Numbered from the stretch's first letter, positions 40,032-49,356 are shown. The stretch: DNA of 64,000 nt from an uncultured Candidatus Rokubacteria bacterium (GCA_963789955.1 CAWBMV010000037.1:160001-224000), one strand, 5' to 3'. The notes: generated by a model from the letters alone, not told the origin. Numbers and translations: made by a program.

Positions 40032-40206
40032 TAGGCCCCCTCAACTTTGCTCTCCATCGTGCCTTGACGTTTTGCAAGCTGGCTCTCCCGCGTCCTGTCA
40101 CCAGCGTTGTAACCAAAGCCGCCACAAGATACCGCATTACCGCCCCCCGCCTATCGGTGTCACCGGAGAAAAGTGTGCGAGAAGTATGTGGACTCGTAAA
40201 AACAAA

Positions 40207-40266
40207 AGCGCCGGCCTCAGTCATGTGAGGCCAGCGCTCTAACCAACTGAGCTAATCGTCCGTGGC
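40207..40266 (-). repeat. att junction: displaced 5' half of tRNA-Val with a 13-bp inverted core repeat
   Basis: 40222-40266 equals 33321-33365; AGCGCCGGCCTCA-gtcatg-TGAGGCCAGCGCT. Confidence 0.88.
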
Positions 40267-40329
40267 CCGGAAGTTAAGCACTTGGAAGACACGTTTGCAA
40301 GAGCTTCCTCGCGACTGTCACCACGATTC

Positions 40330-40776
40330 TCGCCAGCGAGCTTGAATGCCCCCGCCTTAAGGTCTGCCGGCGACACGATCGCGTACCGGCGGTAGACGTT
40401 CTCGGTCCGGCGGCCGGTCAGTTTCATCGCCACCATCGCGGAACAGCGGCCCGCGCCATGTTTCTGACGGCCGTCCGCCTGAGATCGCAGCGCAGCATTC
40501 CGGCATTCCCCGATTTTTTGCAGGCCGTCGCCCATGCTCTCCGGAAATCCCGCCGGGGGTGCCCTGTAAAGCGCCCTGACAGGTGCGGGAACAGCGCGGG
40601 GATCGATTCAGCTTGAGCTCGCGCTCTAAGGTTTCGCCCGAGCCACCTGCTCCGTCAGCAGCAGCTGAGGTCCGACGTGAGGATCACCATGCGGCCCCCG
40701 CCGTTCTTCGTCTGGCCGGGGTCCAGGCTGAGCGTACCTGCCTCAAGGTTCAGCTGGCGCTGCTCGAGGGCCAGCA
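40330..40776 (-). pseudogene. Decayed tyrosine integrase (3' part), paralog of 33430-34575
   Basis: AMKLTGRRTENVYRRYAIVSPADL; DNA colinear with about 33490-33930; frameshifts; catalytic His replaced by Arg. Confidence 0.88.
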
Positions 40777-40862
40777 CCACGCTGCCTCGAAGAAGCCTTG
40801 ACGCAGCGCGCTCTCGTCGAGCTTACGCAGCACCGGCATCCGGGCCAGGGTCGCCGCACGCG

Positions 40863-41840
40863 CTACTCGATCAGCTGATCGGCGCGCCCGAGCATCGATG
40901 GGGGAATCGCCAACCCAAGCGCTTTCGCGGTCTTGACGTTGATCACCAATTCGGGACGCTCGTACGCCTCGACGGGCAGGTCAGCGGGCTTGGCGCCCTT
41001 GAGGATCTTGTCAACGTAACTCCCGGCCGCGACTCGACCAACCTCACGGATGTTCTCGGCGTAGGAGAACAGCGCGCCCTGCTCCACCCACTCGCGACGG
41101 TGGCCGGCCACCGGCAAATGCTGCTTTGTGGCGAGGCGAATGATCAGCGAGTGAAACTTCACGCGAAGGTTCAGTGAGGCGATGAAGACACCATCCGTGT
41201 TGCTCCGCGTTAGTGACTCGAAGATCTGTTCGAGTTCCTTCTGCGTTCGCGCGCTGCGCTCCATAGTCGTGATCTTCAACGCGGAGGCGGCCTGCCGCAC
41301 TGCACGCTTGAACTGCGGGACGCCCGGATCGTCCGGATCGACGAGGACGAGCATGCGATGAAGACCGGGAACGATCTCCTGGAAGAGCTGCACTTCCTTG
41401 AGCGGCGCGTTCCCGAGCGCCACGAAGCCGGTCATGTTACCGCCCGGATGGGCCAGACTTTTCACGACGCCGGCCGCGACAGGATCCGTGACATGAAGGA
41501 AGACGACCGGAATGTCCGTGATCGTTCCATGAGCAGCCCTGATCGTCTGGTTCTCGAACGCGACGACGAGGTCCGGCCGCGTGCGCGCGAATTCGGCGGC
41601 CGTGACGCGAGCGGCGGCCTCGTCGGGCAGGTTGCGGAAGTCGAGCCGGAGGTTCTTGCCTTCCTCGTAGCCCAGTGTCTTGAGTCCGTCGCGCAGACCG
41701 TCGAGTGACGGCGGCACATGATCGAGGCCCACGTGAAAGAGGGAGATTCGGTAGACCTTCCCCGCCTGCTGCGCCTCGGCGGCGAGTGGCGCGGCGAGCA
41801 GACCGACCAGCAGGGCGAACGTGAGCGATCTGCAGATCAT
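40863..41840 (-). CDS. PF04392-type ABC transporter substrate-binding protein
   Basis: Signal peptide AAPLAAEAQQAGKVYRI, SLAHPGGNMTG, YVDKILKGAKPADLPVE, VINVKTAKALGL. Confidence 0.9.
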   Translation of the reverse strand: MICRSLTFALLVGLLAAPLAAEAQQAGKVYRISLFHVGLDHVPPSLDGLRDGLKTLGYEEGKNLRLDFRNLPDEAAARVTAAEFARTRPDLVVAFENQTIRAAHGTITDIPVVFLHVTDPVAAGVVKSLAHPGGNMTGFVALGNAPLKEVQLFQEIVPGLHRMLVLVDPDDPGVPQFKRAVRQAASALKITTMERSARTQKELEQIFESLTRSNTDGVFIASLNLRVKFHSLIIRLATKQHLPVAGHRREWVEQGALFSYAENIREVGRVAAGSYVDKILKGAKPADLPVEAYERPELVINVKTAKALGLAIPPSMLGRADQLIE

Positions 41841-42050
41841 CGAGCGCTCTCCAGCTTCGTCAGGGCCGCGTGAAGCAGCGATTTCACGTCCTGAATCTGT
41901 GCCTGCCGCCTGTCGTCTCGACGCTGCCGGCGGCGCTTCGCCCGGCAGGCGCGGCGCACACGGTCTGCCGTCCCGAAGGGATACGCCGCACACCGAGCAG
42001 GGAGAGCCTATTAAAAGCCCGTCGGACAGCGTGCGCACGCTTTTTGGCGA
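41837..42050 (-). CDS. Small zinc-ribbon/coiled protein, frameshifted; start uncertain
   Basis: PCSVCG...RQTVC...CRAKRRRQ...LLHAALTKLESAR*; stop overlaps the ATG of the binding-protein gene. Confidence 0.45.
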
Positions 42051-42241
42051 GACTTGGCCGGCGGAGAGGAGCGTTCGCCCCCGTTCCGCGCCGCGGTCCG
42101 TCAGAAATTGCGAGCCGGCACGCCCTGCTCGACTACCATCTCCTACAGTGAAACACCTGATTGACAGCGCTGGTCGAGCGTAAAAGACTCGGAGAGTTGG
42201 TCTCAATCCAAGTCGAGTGGCGATAGAGGGAGGCGCTGCCG

Positions 42242-42535
42242 GTGGCGTCGAGCAGTCCGGCTAGGTATTCCTTCACTCACATATCGATCGTCCTGAACGC
42301 GCCGGAACAGTCGGGCGTCTATGCTCTGCACTATCAGACGTCGTGGGTCTACGTGGGCGAGAGCGCCAATATTCGCGCGCAGCTCCTGCAGCATCTCAAC
42401 GGGGACAACGCGTGCATCGCGGTGTATCCCCACCTGAGCTTCAGCTTTGAGATGATCCCCGAAGCGGTGCGCGCCTGGCGACAGGACGAGCTGATCAGGG
42501 AGTTTCGTCCGACTTGCAATCCCCGGCTGGGCTGA
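42242..42535 (+). CDS. Small GIY-YIG-like nuclease domain protein
   Basis: APEQSGVYAL...WVYVGES.NIRAQLLQH...ELI....P.CN. Confidence 0.7.
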   Translation: MASSSPARYSFTHISIVLNAPEQSGVYALHYQTSWVYVGESANIRAQLLQHLNGDNACIAVYPHLSFSFEMIPEAVRAWRQDELIREFRPTCNPRLG

Positions 42536-42737
42536 ATCCCACCCCGTCGATCTTGCCCGTGAGCCGGTGAAAATACACGTCCAGACCGTTCACGCTCACC
42601 ACCGAGAACAGCGGGCCCAGGTGCACGCGCACCTTCGCCCGGGTGTTCACGGCCTCGTACGACTGGTTGACGACGACACCAGGGATACCCAGCACGACTA
42701 GCAGCTTCCCCAACCACAGCCGAACCAGGGTCCGCAT
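42495..42737 (-). CDS. Hypothetical protein
   Basis: 80-aa ORF; no recognised motif. Confidence 0.45.
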   Translation of the reverse strand: MRTLVRLWLGKLLVVLGIPGVVVNQSYEAVNTRAKVRVHLGPLFSVVSVNGLDVYFHRLTGKIDGVGFSPAGDCKSDETP

Positions 42738-42907
42738 ATCACGCTCTTCTTCAAGAAGTTGGCCAAGCGCGGCCGGGCAATGGATTCCTGCGCTTACCGA
42801 TGCCGCCGCTCGTCAGTGTCGAGAAAGTGTGTAGAAACGACAGGGTCAGTGAACGCAACAAGTTCCCGGCGGAAAGGACGCCAGAAGCCGGGCACCGGTG
42901 ATTTAGG

Positions 42908-43294
42908 ATGCGGGCGATGGTGCGCGACCTCGTGATCGTGGCGGCGCTCGTGGTGCTCGCCGTGCTGCCGCCGGGCTCGGCCCAGGCCGCCGGGATCACG
43001 TCACTGCCGGCCACGCCGGTGACGGAGTGTCTGAAGCCGGAAGACACGACGTGGTCGTTCACCGCGAACTGGGATCCGATGATCGTGGACCAGAGGCCCT
43101 GGCCCACCTACGTCGTCGAGGCCAAGGGCTGTAGCAAAACGATTTTCGATTGTCGCGGCGCTCCCCACTGCAGCGCCGACATCACGTGCTCCGTGAGAGA
43201 AGGGAGAACGACCGTCTGGATCCAACCGTCCGGCATGGCCGGCAGCCGCGCCACGACCGGCGGAGCCTGGAAGCCGCGGGTGTGCAAGAACTAG
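42908..43294 (+). CDS. Secreted cysteine-rich hypothetical protein
   Basis: Signal peptide ending AQA; six Cys. Confidence 0.6.
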   Translation: MRAMVRDLVIVAALVVLAVLPPGSAQAAGITSLPATPVTECLKPEDTTWSFTANWDPMIVDQRPWPTYVVEAKGCSKTIFDCRGAPHCSADITCSVREGRTTVWIQPSGMAGSRATTGGAWKPRVCKN

Positions 43295-43306
43295 GTGCGC
43301 CCCGAA

Positions 43307-43341
43307 TATCACGAAATGACATGAGTTATCACGACGTGATA
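43307..43341. promoter_or_regulatory. Putative MarR operator pair
   Basis: Perfect TATCACG-A-CGTGATA at 43327-43341 and imperfect TATCACGAAATGACA at 43307-43321, just upstream of the marR-type gene. Confidence 0.65.
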
Positions 43342-43356
43342 CGGTCCTCTGTCGGG

Positions 43357-43830
43357 ATGGGCAAAGGCCACCCGCGCCGGCGATCGACCCCGCGAGTGGA
43401 CTACGAGACGCTCGCCGATCTCCGCTACCACGTCCGACGCTTTCTCCGCGTCCGCGAGGACGCCGCGCGCGCAGCCGGGGTGGAGCCCCAGCAGTACGTC
43501 CTCCTCTTGCAGATCAAGGGCTTCGAGCTACGCCAGCCGGCGACGATCGGCGCACTGACCGAGCGTCTCCAGATCCGTCATCACGCGACCGTGCAGCTGG
43601 TCGACCGGCTACAGCAGCGCGGCATGGTGCGTCGACGGCGGGCCGAGACGGATCGGCGCGGGGTCGTCGTCGAATTGACAGCGCGAGGCGAGTCCGTCCT
43701 GCGTAAGCTGGCGCTGTATTCGCTGGCCGAGCTCCGGACGGGCGGGCCCGCCCTGGCCTCCACCCTGACTCGTGTCATCGAGCTGAGCGGAGGCCGTCCG
43801 CGCCCGAAGCCACGCGGCCGGAAGCGCTGA
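43357..43830 (+). CDS. MarR family transcriptional regulator
   Basis: TIGALTERLQIRHHATVQLVDRL...DRRGVVVELTARG. Confidence 0.9.
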   Translation: MGKGHPRRRSTPRVDYETLADLRYHVRRFLRVREDAARAAGVEPQQYVLLLQIKGFELRQPATIGALTERLQIRHHATVQLVDRLQQRGMVRRRRAETDRRGVVVELTARGESVLRKLALYSLAELRTGGPALASTLTRVIELSGGRPRPKPRGRKR

Positions 43831-43865
43831 CCCACGTTCACGGAAGGACCGAGGGAGGGCCGACA

Positions 43866-44114
43866 TTGACGACGCGGGTGATTGCCATCGGGGTGGGCGC
43901 GCTGCTCGTAGGCGTGCTCGCCGGATTCCTCTGGTGGGGCACGTCGGCGAATCGCCTGCGCGACGAGGTCCGCGCGCTACAGAATCAGCAGGCCGACGCG
44001 GACGCCGCGCTCAAGGGGCTGCAGACCAAGCTCAAGAAGACGGAGGAGGAGCTGCAAAGTGAGCGCGAGCGCCGAGCTCGTCTGGAGCTGGTCATCAGCG
44101 AAGGCCGCAAATAG
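43866..44114 (+). CDS. Hypothetical membrane-anchored coiled-coil protein
   Basis: GGAGG RBS, N-terminal TM helix, heptads. Confidence 0.6.
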   Translation: MTTRVIAIGVGALLVGVLAGFLWWGTSANRLRDEVRALQNQQADADAALKGLQTKLKKTEEELQSERERRARLELVISEGRK

Positions 44115-44150
44115 ACCGACCCACCGGGTCGATTGAGGGAGGATCACGCA

Positions 44151-44738
44151 ATGAGAGGTGCTCTGCTGGTTCCCGCAGCGCTGATGTTCCTGGTCGTGAG
44201 CGGATGTGCGAAGCAGCCCGCGACGATGCCCGCCACGGCGACACCCGCCCCGGGAGCCTCCTCGGGCTCGACCGTCGGAAGCCGGCCCGCGGCCGCGCAG
44301 TCCGGCATGGGTGCCGGAGGCGCGGGCGCCGCGGCGACCGCCGGCGGCGCCGCCGCGAGCGCGAGCACGGCACGGCCGTTACCCCGTGACTTCATGGCGA
44401 ACCCGGCCATCAAGGACATCAACTTCGATTTCGACAAGTACGACATCCGTCCGGTCGACACGAAGATCCTCGACGCCAACGCCGCCTGGCTCAAGAGCAA
44501 CCCGAGAAGCCTCCTGCTGATCGAAGGGCATACCGATGAGCGCGGGACGCCCGAGTACAACCTGGCGCTCGGCGAGCGGCGCGCCAAGGCGGCGATGGGC
44601 TATCTGGTCGCGCTCGGCATCCAGGCCAACCGCATCTCCATCATCAGCTACGGCCAGGAGCAGGGGCTCTGCAAGGAACACGGCGAAGCCTGCTGGGCCA
44701 GGAACCGGCGCGACCACTTCCTCGTCAAGCCGGAGTAA
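44151..44738 (+). CDS. pal: Peptidoglycan-associated lipoprotein (OmpA family)
   Basis: Lipobox VSGC; INFDFDK, IEGHTDERGTPEYNLALGERRA, ISYG, NRR. Confidence 0.92.
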   Translation: MRGALLVPAALMFLVVSGCAKQPATMPATATPAPGASSGSTVGSRPAAAQSGMGAGGAGAAATAGGAAASASTARPLPRDFMANPAIKDINFDFDKYDIRPVDTKILDANAAWLKSNPRSLLLIEGHTDERGTPEYNLALGERRAKAAMGYLVALGIQANRISIISYGQEQGLCKEHGEACWARNRRDHFLVKPE

Positions 44739-44844
44739 GCTCGCGCGCCGTCGTCACGCTCGCCGCCGGCGCGAGCGGTTCCGGGGAGCCGCAGCCGGCG
44801 CGAGCGTATAATCCAGGCCGAAATCCAGGCCAGGAGAGAACGAC

Positions 44845-46251
44845 ATGACGCAGCCGGAAGGCGCCAAGCCCGCTCACGTCGACGGCCGCGCGGCCGTGGT
44901 CAGACAAGACCTCGACAACGTGCTGCATCCGGTCGTCGCCCACCGGCAGCTCGAGGCCGAGCCCATGGTGATCGTCGAGGGCCATGGCTCGACCGTGGTC
45001 GAAGCCGACGGCACCGAGTACCTGGACGCGATGGCCGGCCTCTGGTGCGTGAACGTCGGCTACGGCCGAGGCGAGCTGGCCGACGTGGCCGCCGCCCAGA
45101 TGCGCACGCTCCCCTACTATCCGCACACCGCGATGAACGAGCCGGCCGCGAAGCTCGCGCAGCGCGTGAACGGCCTGCTCGGCGGCGACAATCACGTCTA
45201 CTTCGTCGCCTCGGGCTCCGAGGCGAACGAGGCCGGGTTCAAGTTCGCGCGGCAGTACACCAAGCACGAGAATCCCGGCCAGTACCGTTACAAGACGATC
45301 AGCCGCTACCTCGGCTATCACGGGACGACCTTGGCCACCCTGGCCGCCGGCGGCATGGGCGACCGAAAGATGAAGTTCGAGCCGCTCGGCGGCAACGACT
45401 TCGTCCACGTGGCCCCGCCCTACTGCTATCGCTGTCCCTTCGGCCTCACCTACCCGTCGTGCGAGCTCGCGTGCGTGAAGAACATCGAGGCGACGATCCA
45501 GGGCGAAGGGCCGGACACGGTGTCGACGGTCCTGGTGGAACCGATCATGAGCGCCGTCGGGGTCGCGGTGCCGCCCGACGACTATCTGCCCGAGGTCGCC
45601 GCGATCGCGAAGAAGTACGGCTGCCTCCTGCATATCGACGAGGTGATCAACGGGTTCGGTCGTACCGGCAAGATGTTCGCGCACCAGCATTCGGGAGTCC
45701 GGCCCGACATCGTCGCGATCGCCAAGGGCATCGTGAGCGCCTACCTGCCGATCGCCGCGACCGTCGTCCGCAACGACGTGTTCAAGTCCTTCGTCGGCGA
45801 GGCCGCCGAGAACCGTCAGGTGTTCCAGATCTCGACGTACGGCGGCCATCCCGTCGCCGCGGCGGTCGCCGATCGCAACATCCAGATCATCCTCGAGGAG
45901 CGGCTGGTCGAGCGCTCCGCCGAGAACGGCGCCTATCTCCTCGACGGCCTTCGTATCCTGCTGAAGCATCCGTGGGTGGGTGACGTGCGGGGCAAGGGGC
46001 TCTTCGCGGGGATCGAGCTCGTACGCGATCGACGCACCAAGGAGGCGATGCCGGCGGACAGGATCAAGGGCGTCGTCGACTTCGCCCGCCGCAACGGCGT
46101 GCTCGTCGGACGCTCGGGCGGCGGCCGCCATCTCGGCAGCACGATCGTCCTCTCGCCGCCGCTCGTGATCACGCGCGCCGAGATCGATCGCGTCGTCGCG
46201 GTGCTCGACAAGGCCATCGCCGAGATGGGCGGCCTGCTCGGCGCGAGCTGA
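44845..46251 (+). CDS. Class III aminotransferase (omega-amine type)
   Basis: YLDAMAGLWCVNVGYG, SGSEANE, DEVINGFGRTG, IAKG. Confidence 0.92.
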   Translation: MTQPEGAKPAHVDGRAAVVRQDLDNVLHPVVAHRQLEAEPMVIVEGHGSTVVEADGTEYLDAMAGLWCVNVGYGRGELADVAAAQMRTLPYYPHTAMNEPAAKLAQRVNGLLGGDNHVYFVASGSEANEAGFKFARQYTKHENPGQYRYKTISRYLGYHGTTLATLAAGGMGDRKMKFEPLGGNDFVHVAPPYCYRCPFGLTYPSCELACVKNIEATIQGEGPDTVSTVLVEPIMSAVGVAVPPDDYLPEVAAIAKKYGCLLHIDEVINGFGRTGKMFAHQHSGVRPDIVAIAKGIVSAYLPIAATVVRNDVFKSFVGEAAENRQVFQISTYGGHPVAAAVADRNIQIILEERLVERSAENGAYLLDGLRILLKHPWVGDVRGKGLFAGIELVRDRRTKEAMPADRIKGVVDFARRNGVLVGRSGGGRHLGSTIVLSPPLVITRAEIDRVVAVLDKAIAEMGGLLGAS

Positions 46252-46252
46252 C

Positions 46253-47311
46253 GTGGCGATCCCTCGGTTCGGGCTCAATCGCTTCGACGCGCGCACCGTC
46301 GACGCCTTCGCCGCTGACGTGCGCCGGGCCGAGACGCTCGGCTGGGACGCGGCGTTCCAGCCCGACTCCCAGCTTCGTCGCCGCGACACGTACGTGCTGA
46401 TGGCGGCCGCGGCGCGCGTCACCGAGCGCATATTGCTGGCCACGCTCCTGTCCAATCCGGTGAACCGGCATCCCACCGTCACGGCGTCGTCGATCGCGAC
46501 GGTCGACGAGCTCGCGCCGGGACGCACCCTGCTGGGCTGGGGCGTCGGCGACACCGCCGTGCGCCTGGCCGGGCTCAAGCCGGCCCGCGTCAGCGAGCTC
46601 GAGGCCAGCACGCGCCTGATGCGCGCCTTGCTCGACGGCCAGGCGGTCGACGTCGGCGCGCGCGAGCCGGCGCGGCTGCCGCATCATCGTCCCGTTCCGA
46701 TCTGGATCGCCGCCGGCGGTCCTCGCACGCTCCGGATGGCCGGCGGCGTCGCCGACGGAGTCTTCATCCGTGTCGGGACTCACCCGGCGAACATCAAGAA
46801 ATCGGTCGATGAGATCCGCGCGGGGGCGGTGGCGGCCGGCCGCGACCCCTCCACGGTCGGGCTCGGCGCCGTGTTCCACACCGTGCTCGTCGAGGATCCC
46901 GGTCGAGCGCTGACGATGGGCAAGTCGATGGCCGCGGGCTACTACGAGTACTCGCCGATGCTCTTCGAGCCACCGCGTCTGTCCTGGACCGGTCCCGATC
47001 CCGAGAAGCTCAAGCGCGAGCGCAACGTGTTCCCGGACTTTCACCACGCGGTCGATCTGGTCGCGAGCGGCCGGGCCGTCGACTTCTTGCCCGACGCCGC
47101 CGCCGACGCGTTCTGTCTGCGCGGCGGGCCGGCCGAGATCGTCAAGCAGCTGCTCGGCGTGCTCCGCGCGTCGCCGGCGACGTTCGACTACATCTGCCTG
47201 CATCCGATCCCGAACCCGGCCTCGCCGGACGATCCCGAGCGAGGGTTCATGGCGCGTGTCGCTCGCGAGGTGCTGCCGTCCGTGCGCGCCGCCCTCGCCT
47301 CCGGCGGCTGA
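46253..47311 (+). CDS. LLM class flavin-dependent oxidoreductase
   Basis: NPVNRHP, LGWGVGD, PIWIAAGGPRTLRMAGGVADG. Confidence 0.88.
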   Translation: MAIPRFGLNRFDARTVDAFAADVRRAETLGWDAAFQPDSQLRRRDTYVLMAAAARVTERILLATLLSNPVNRHPTVTASSIATVDELAPGRTLLGWGVGDTAVRLAGLKPARVSELEASTRLMRALLDGQAVDVGAREPARLPHHRPVPIWIAAGGPRTLRMAGGVADGVFIRVGTHPANIKKSVDEIRAGAVAAGRDPSTVGLGAVFHTVLVEDPGRALTMGKSMAAGYYEYSPMLFEPPRLSWTGPDPEKLKRERNVFPDFHHAVDLVASGRAVDFLPDAAADAFCLRGGPAEIVKQLLGVLRASPATFDYICLHPIPNPASPDDPERGFMARVAREVLPSVRAALASGG

Positions 47312-47325
47312 CAGGAGCTCGACCG

Positions 47326-48513
47326 ATGCCGAGCCCTCCTCCCGGCCTCAACGTGCGACAGCGCACTCCGGTGTCGGCGCGGGCGCGCCAGGCGGAGCTC
47401 CCGCCGCCGCTTCAGAAATACGTCGAGACCGGCGAAGCCCTGATCGCGGAGCCCTTCAAGGGCATCACCGCGGGCGGCCCCGCGGCGCCCGGCCTCTTCC
47501 CGCTCAAGAAGACCGGCGTCTCTACCCGGCAGATCACCGACGCGGCCCGCGCGTTCGTCGATTCACTGAGCGAGCCGCAGCGGGAGCGAGCGCTGTTCCC
47601 GCTGGAGAGCGACGCGTGGCGGCGGTGGAGCAACATCCATCCGTTCCTGATGCGCCACGGCGTCTCGCTCGACGAGATGAGCGCGGCGCAGCGGGAGCGG
47701 GCGCTCGCGCTGCTCCGCGAGAGCCTGAGCACGCAGGGATTCAAGACGGCCCGGGACGTGATGCGGCTCAACGAGCTCGTCCTGGCGATCACCGGCAGCC
47801 AGGCCGAGTACGGCGAGTGGCTCTACTGGCTCAGCATCATGGGTCTCCCGTCGTTCGACGGCCCGTGGGGCTGGCAGATCGACGGCCACCACCTCATCGT
47901 CAATTGTTTCGTCCTCGGCGATCAGGTCGTGATGACCCCGATGTTCATGGGCTCCGAGCCGGTCGCGGCGCACGAGGGCCCGCACGCCGGCACGCGCGTC
48001 TTCCAGGCCGAGGAGCGCCAGGGCCTGGCGCTCATGCGGTCACTCACGCCCGAGCAGCGCCAGCGCGCGATCATCGGCACGGAGCTTCCCGGCGAAGTGT
48101 TCACCGCGGCGTTCCGCGACAATTTCGAGATGAAGTTCCAGGGCATCGCCTCGGGCGACCTGACGACCACCCAGCAGCGCATGCTGCTCGACGTGCTCGA
48201 CACGTACGTCGGACGGATCCGGGCCGGTCATTCCGAGGTGAAACGCAACGAGATCAAGCGTCACCTCGCCCAGACCTTCTTCGCCTGGATGGGCAGCGCG
48301 GACGACGGCGGCGTCTTCTACTACCGGATCCACAGTCCGGTGATCCTGATCGAGTTCGACCACCAGCGCGGGATCGCGTTCGACAACGACGCGCCCTCGC
48401 GCCAGCACATCCACACTGTGGTCCGCACGCCGAACGGGAACGACTACGGGCGGGATCTACTCCGCCAGCACCACGCGCGGTTCGACCACACGCAGCCCGA
48501 CCATAGCCACTGA
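47326..48513 (+). CDS. DUF3500 domain protein
   Basis: WGWQIDGHHL, TPMFMGSEP, YYRIHSPVILIEFDH, HIHTVVRTPNGNDYG. Confidence 0.85.
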   Translation: MPSPPPGLNVRQRTPVSARARQAELPPPLQKYVETGEALIAEPFKGITAGGPAAPGLFPLKKTGVSTRQITDAARAFVDSLSEPQRERALFPLESDAWRRWSNIHPFLMRHGVSLDEMSAAQRERALALLRESLSTQGFKTARDVMRLNELVLAITGSQAEYGEWLYWLSIMGLPSFDGPWGWQIDGHHLIVNCFVLGDQVVMTPMFMGSEPVAAHEGPHAGTRVFQAEERQGLALMRSLTPEQRQRAIIGTELPGEVFTAAFRDNFEMKFQGIASGDLTTTQQRMLLDVLDTYVGRIRAGHSEVKRNEIKRHLAQTFFAWMGSADDGGVFYYRIHSPVILIEFDHQRGIAFDNDAPSRQHIHTVVRTPNGNDYGRDLLRQHHARFDHTQPDHSH

Positions 48514-48518
48514 CGAAG

Positions 48519-48559
48519 ACGGCGCCGCGCGTCGTCGGCGGAGACGACGCGGGCGCCGT
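48519..48559. terminator. GC-rich hairpin between convergent genes
   Basis: acggcgccgcgcgtcgtc-ggcgga-gacgacgcgggcgccgt; no U-tract. Confidence 0.45.
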
Positions 48560-48579
48560 TCAGTGACCGAACGCGCCGC

Positions 48580-49346
48580 TCAGCTCTTGTACGAGGGATC
48601 GATACGGTCGAGCCGCCGAAGCAGCCCCGGCCAGATCGTCTCGCCACGACGGCGCGGCTGGGCCGGGCCGGCGTAGGCCGCGTCCAGGACCTCTTTCGGC
48701 ACCGGGATCAGCTCACCGCCGCCCGACTGGGCGCGCACCTGGATCGCGCAGGACGATTCGAGGAAGTACATCGCCACGAAGGCGTCCGCGACGGTCTCCC
48801 CCACCGTGATCAACCCGTGGTTGCGGAGAATCAGGTGGGTGTTGTCGCCGAGGTCGGCGACCAGGCGCGGCTTCTCGTCGTCGCGCGTCGCGATACCTTC
48901 GAAGTCGTGGTAGCCGAGGCTGGGGATGACGGACATCGCGTGCTGCGAGATCGGCAAGAGCCCGGCCCGTTGCGTCGACACGGCGATGCCGCTCACCGTG
49001 TGCGTGTGCAGCACGCAGCGCGCGTCGTGGCGCGCGGCGTGGATGGCGCTGTGGATGACGAAACCCGCCTGGTTCACCGGGAACGGCGAGTCGCCGATCT
49101 TCTTTCCCTGCAGGTCGATCTTGACCAGGCTCGAGGCCGTGATCTCGTCGAAGAAGAGCCCGTACGGATTGATCAGGAACTGATCGTCGGCGCCCGGCAC
49201 CCGCACGGTGATGTGCGTGAAGGTCAGATCCTCCCAGCCGAAGCGCACCAGCAGCCGATAGCAGGCCGCCAGATCGACGCGAACCGCCCACTCTTCCTCC
49301 GACACCTTCCCCTTGAGCGACGGAATCTCGATCCCGTGGGCGTCAT
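48580..49346 (-). CDS. Class II aldolase/adducin family protein
   Basis: RVDLAACYR, FLINPYG, GFVIHSAIH, HTH, LRNHG. Confidence 0.9.
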
Positions 49347-49356
49347 CACCGGTCCT

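Larger units (their letters stand above)
33321..40266. mobile_element. Tyrosine-integrase element (~6.9 kb) integrated in tRNA-Val, on the tRNA 5' side
   Basis: 45-bp identical direct repeats 33321-33365 and 40222-40266; integrase next to the left end; hypothetical cargo. Confidence 0.88.

Noticed and set aside
40222..40261. Second tRNA gene
   Set aside because: Only the 5' half is present; there is no T-arm or acceptor 3' strand. It is treated as an att fragment.
33321..40266. Complete prophage or ICE
   Set aside because: No recognisable capsid, terminase, tail, lysis, relaxase or T4SS genes, and it is too small.
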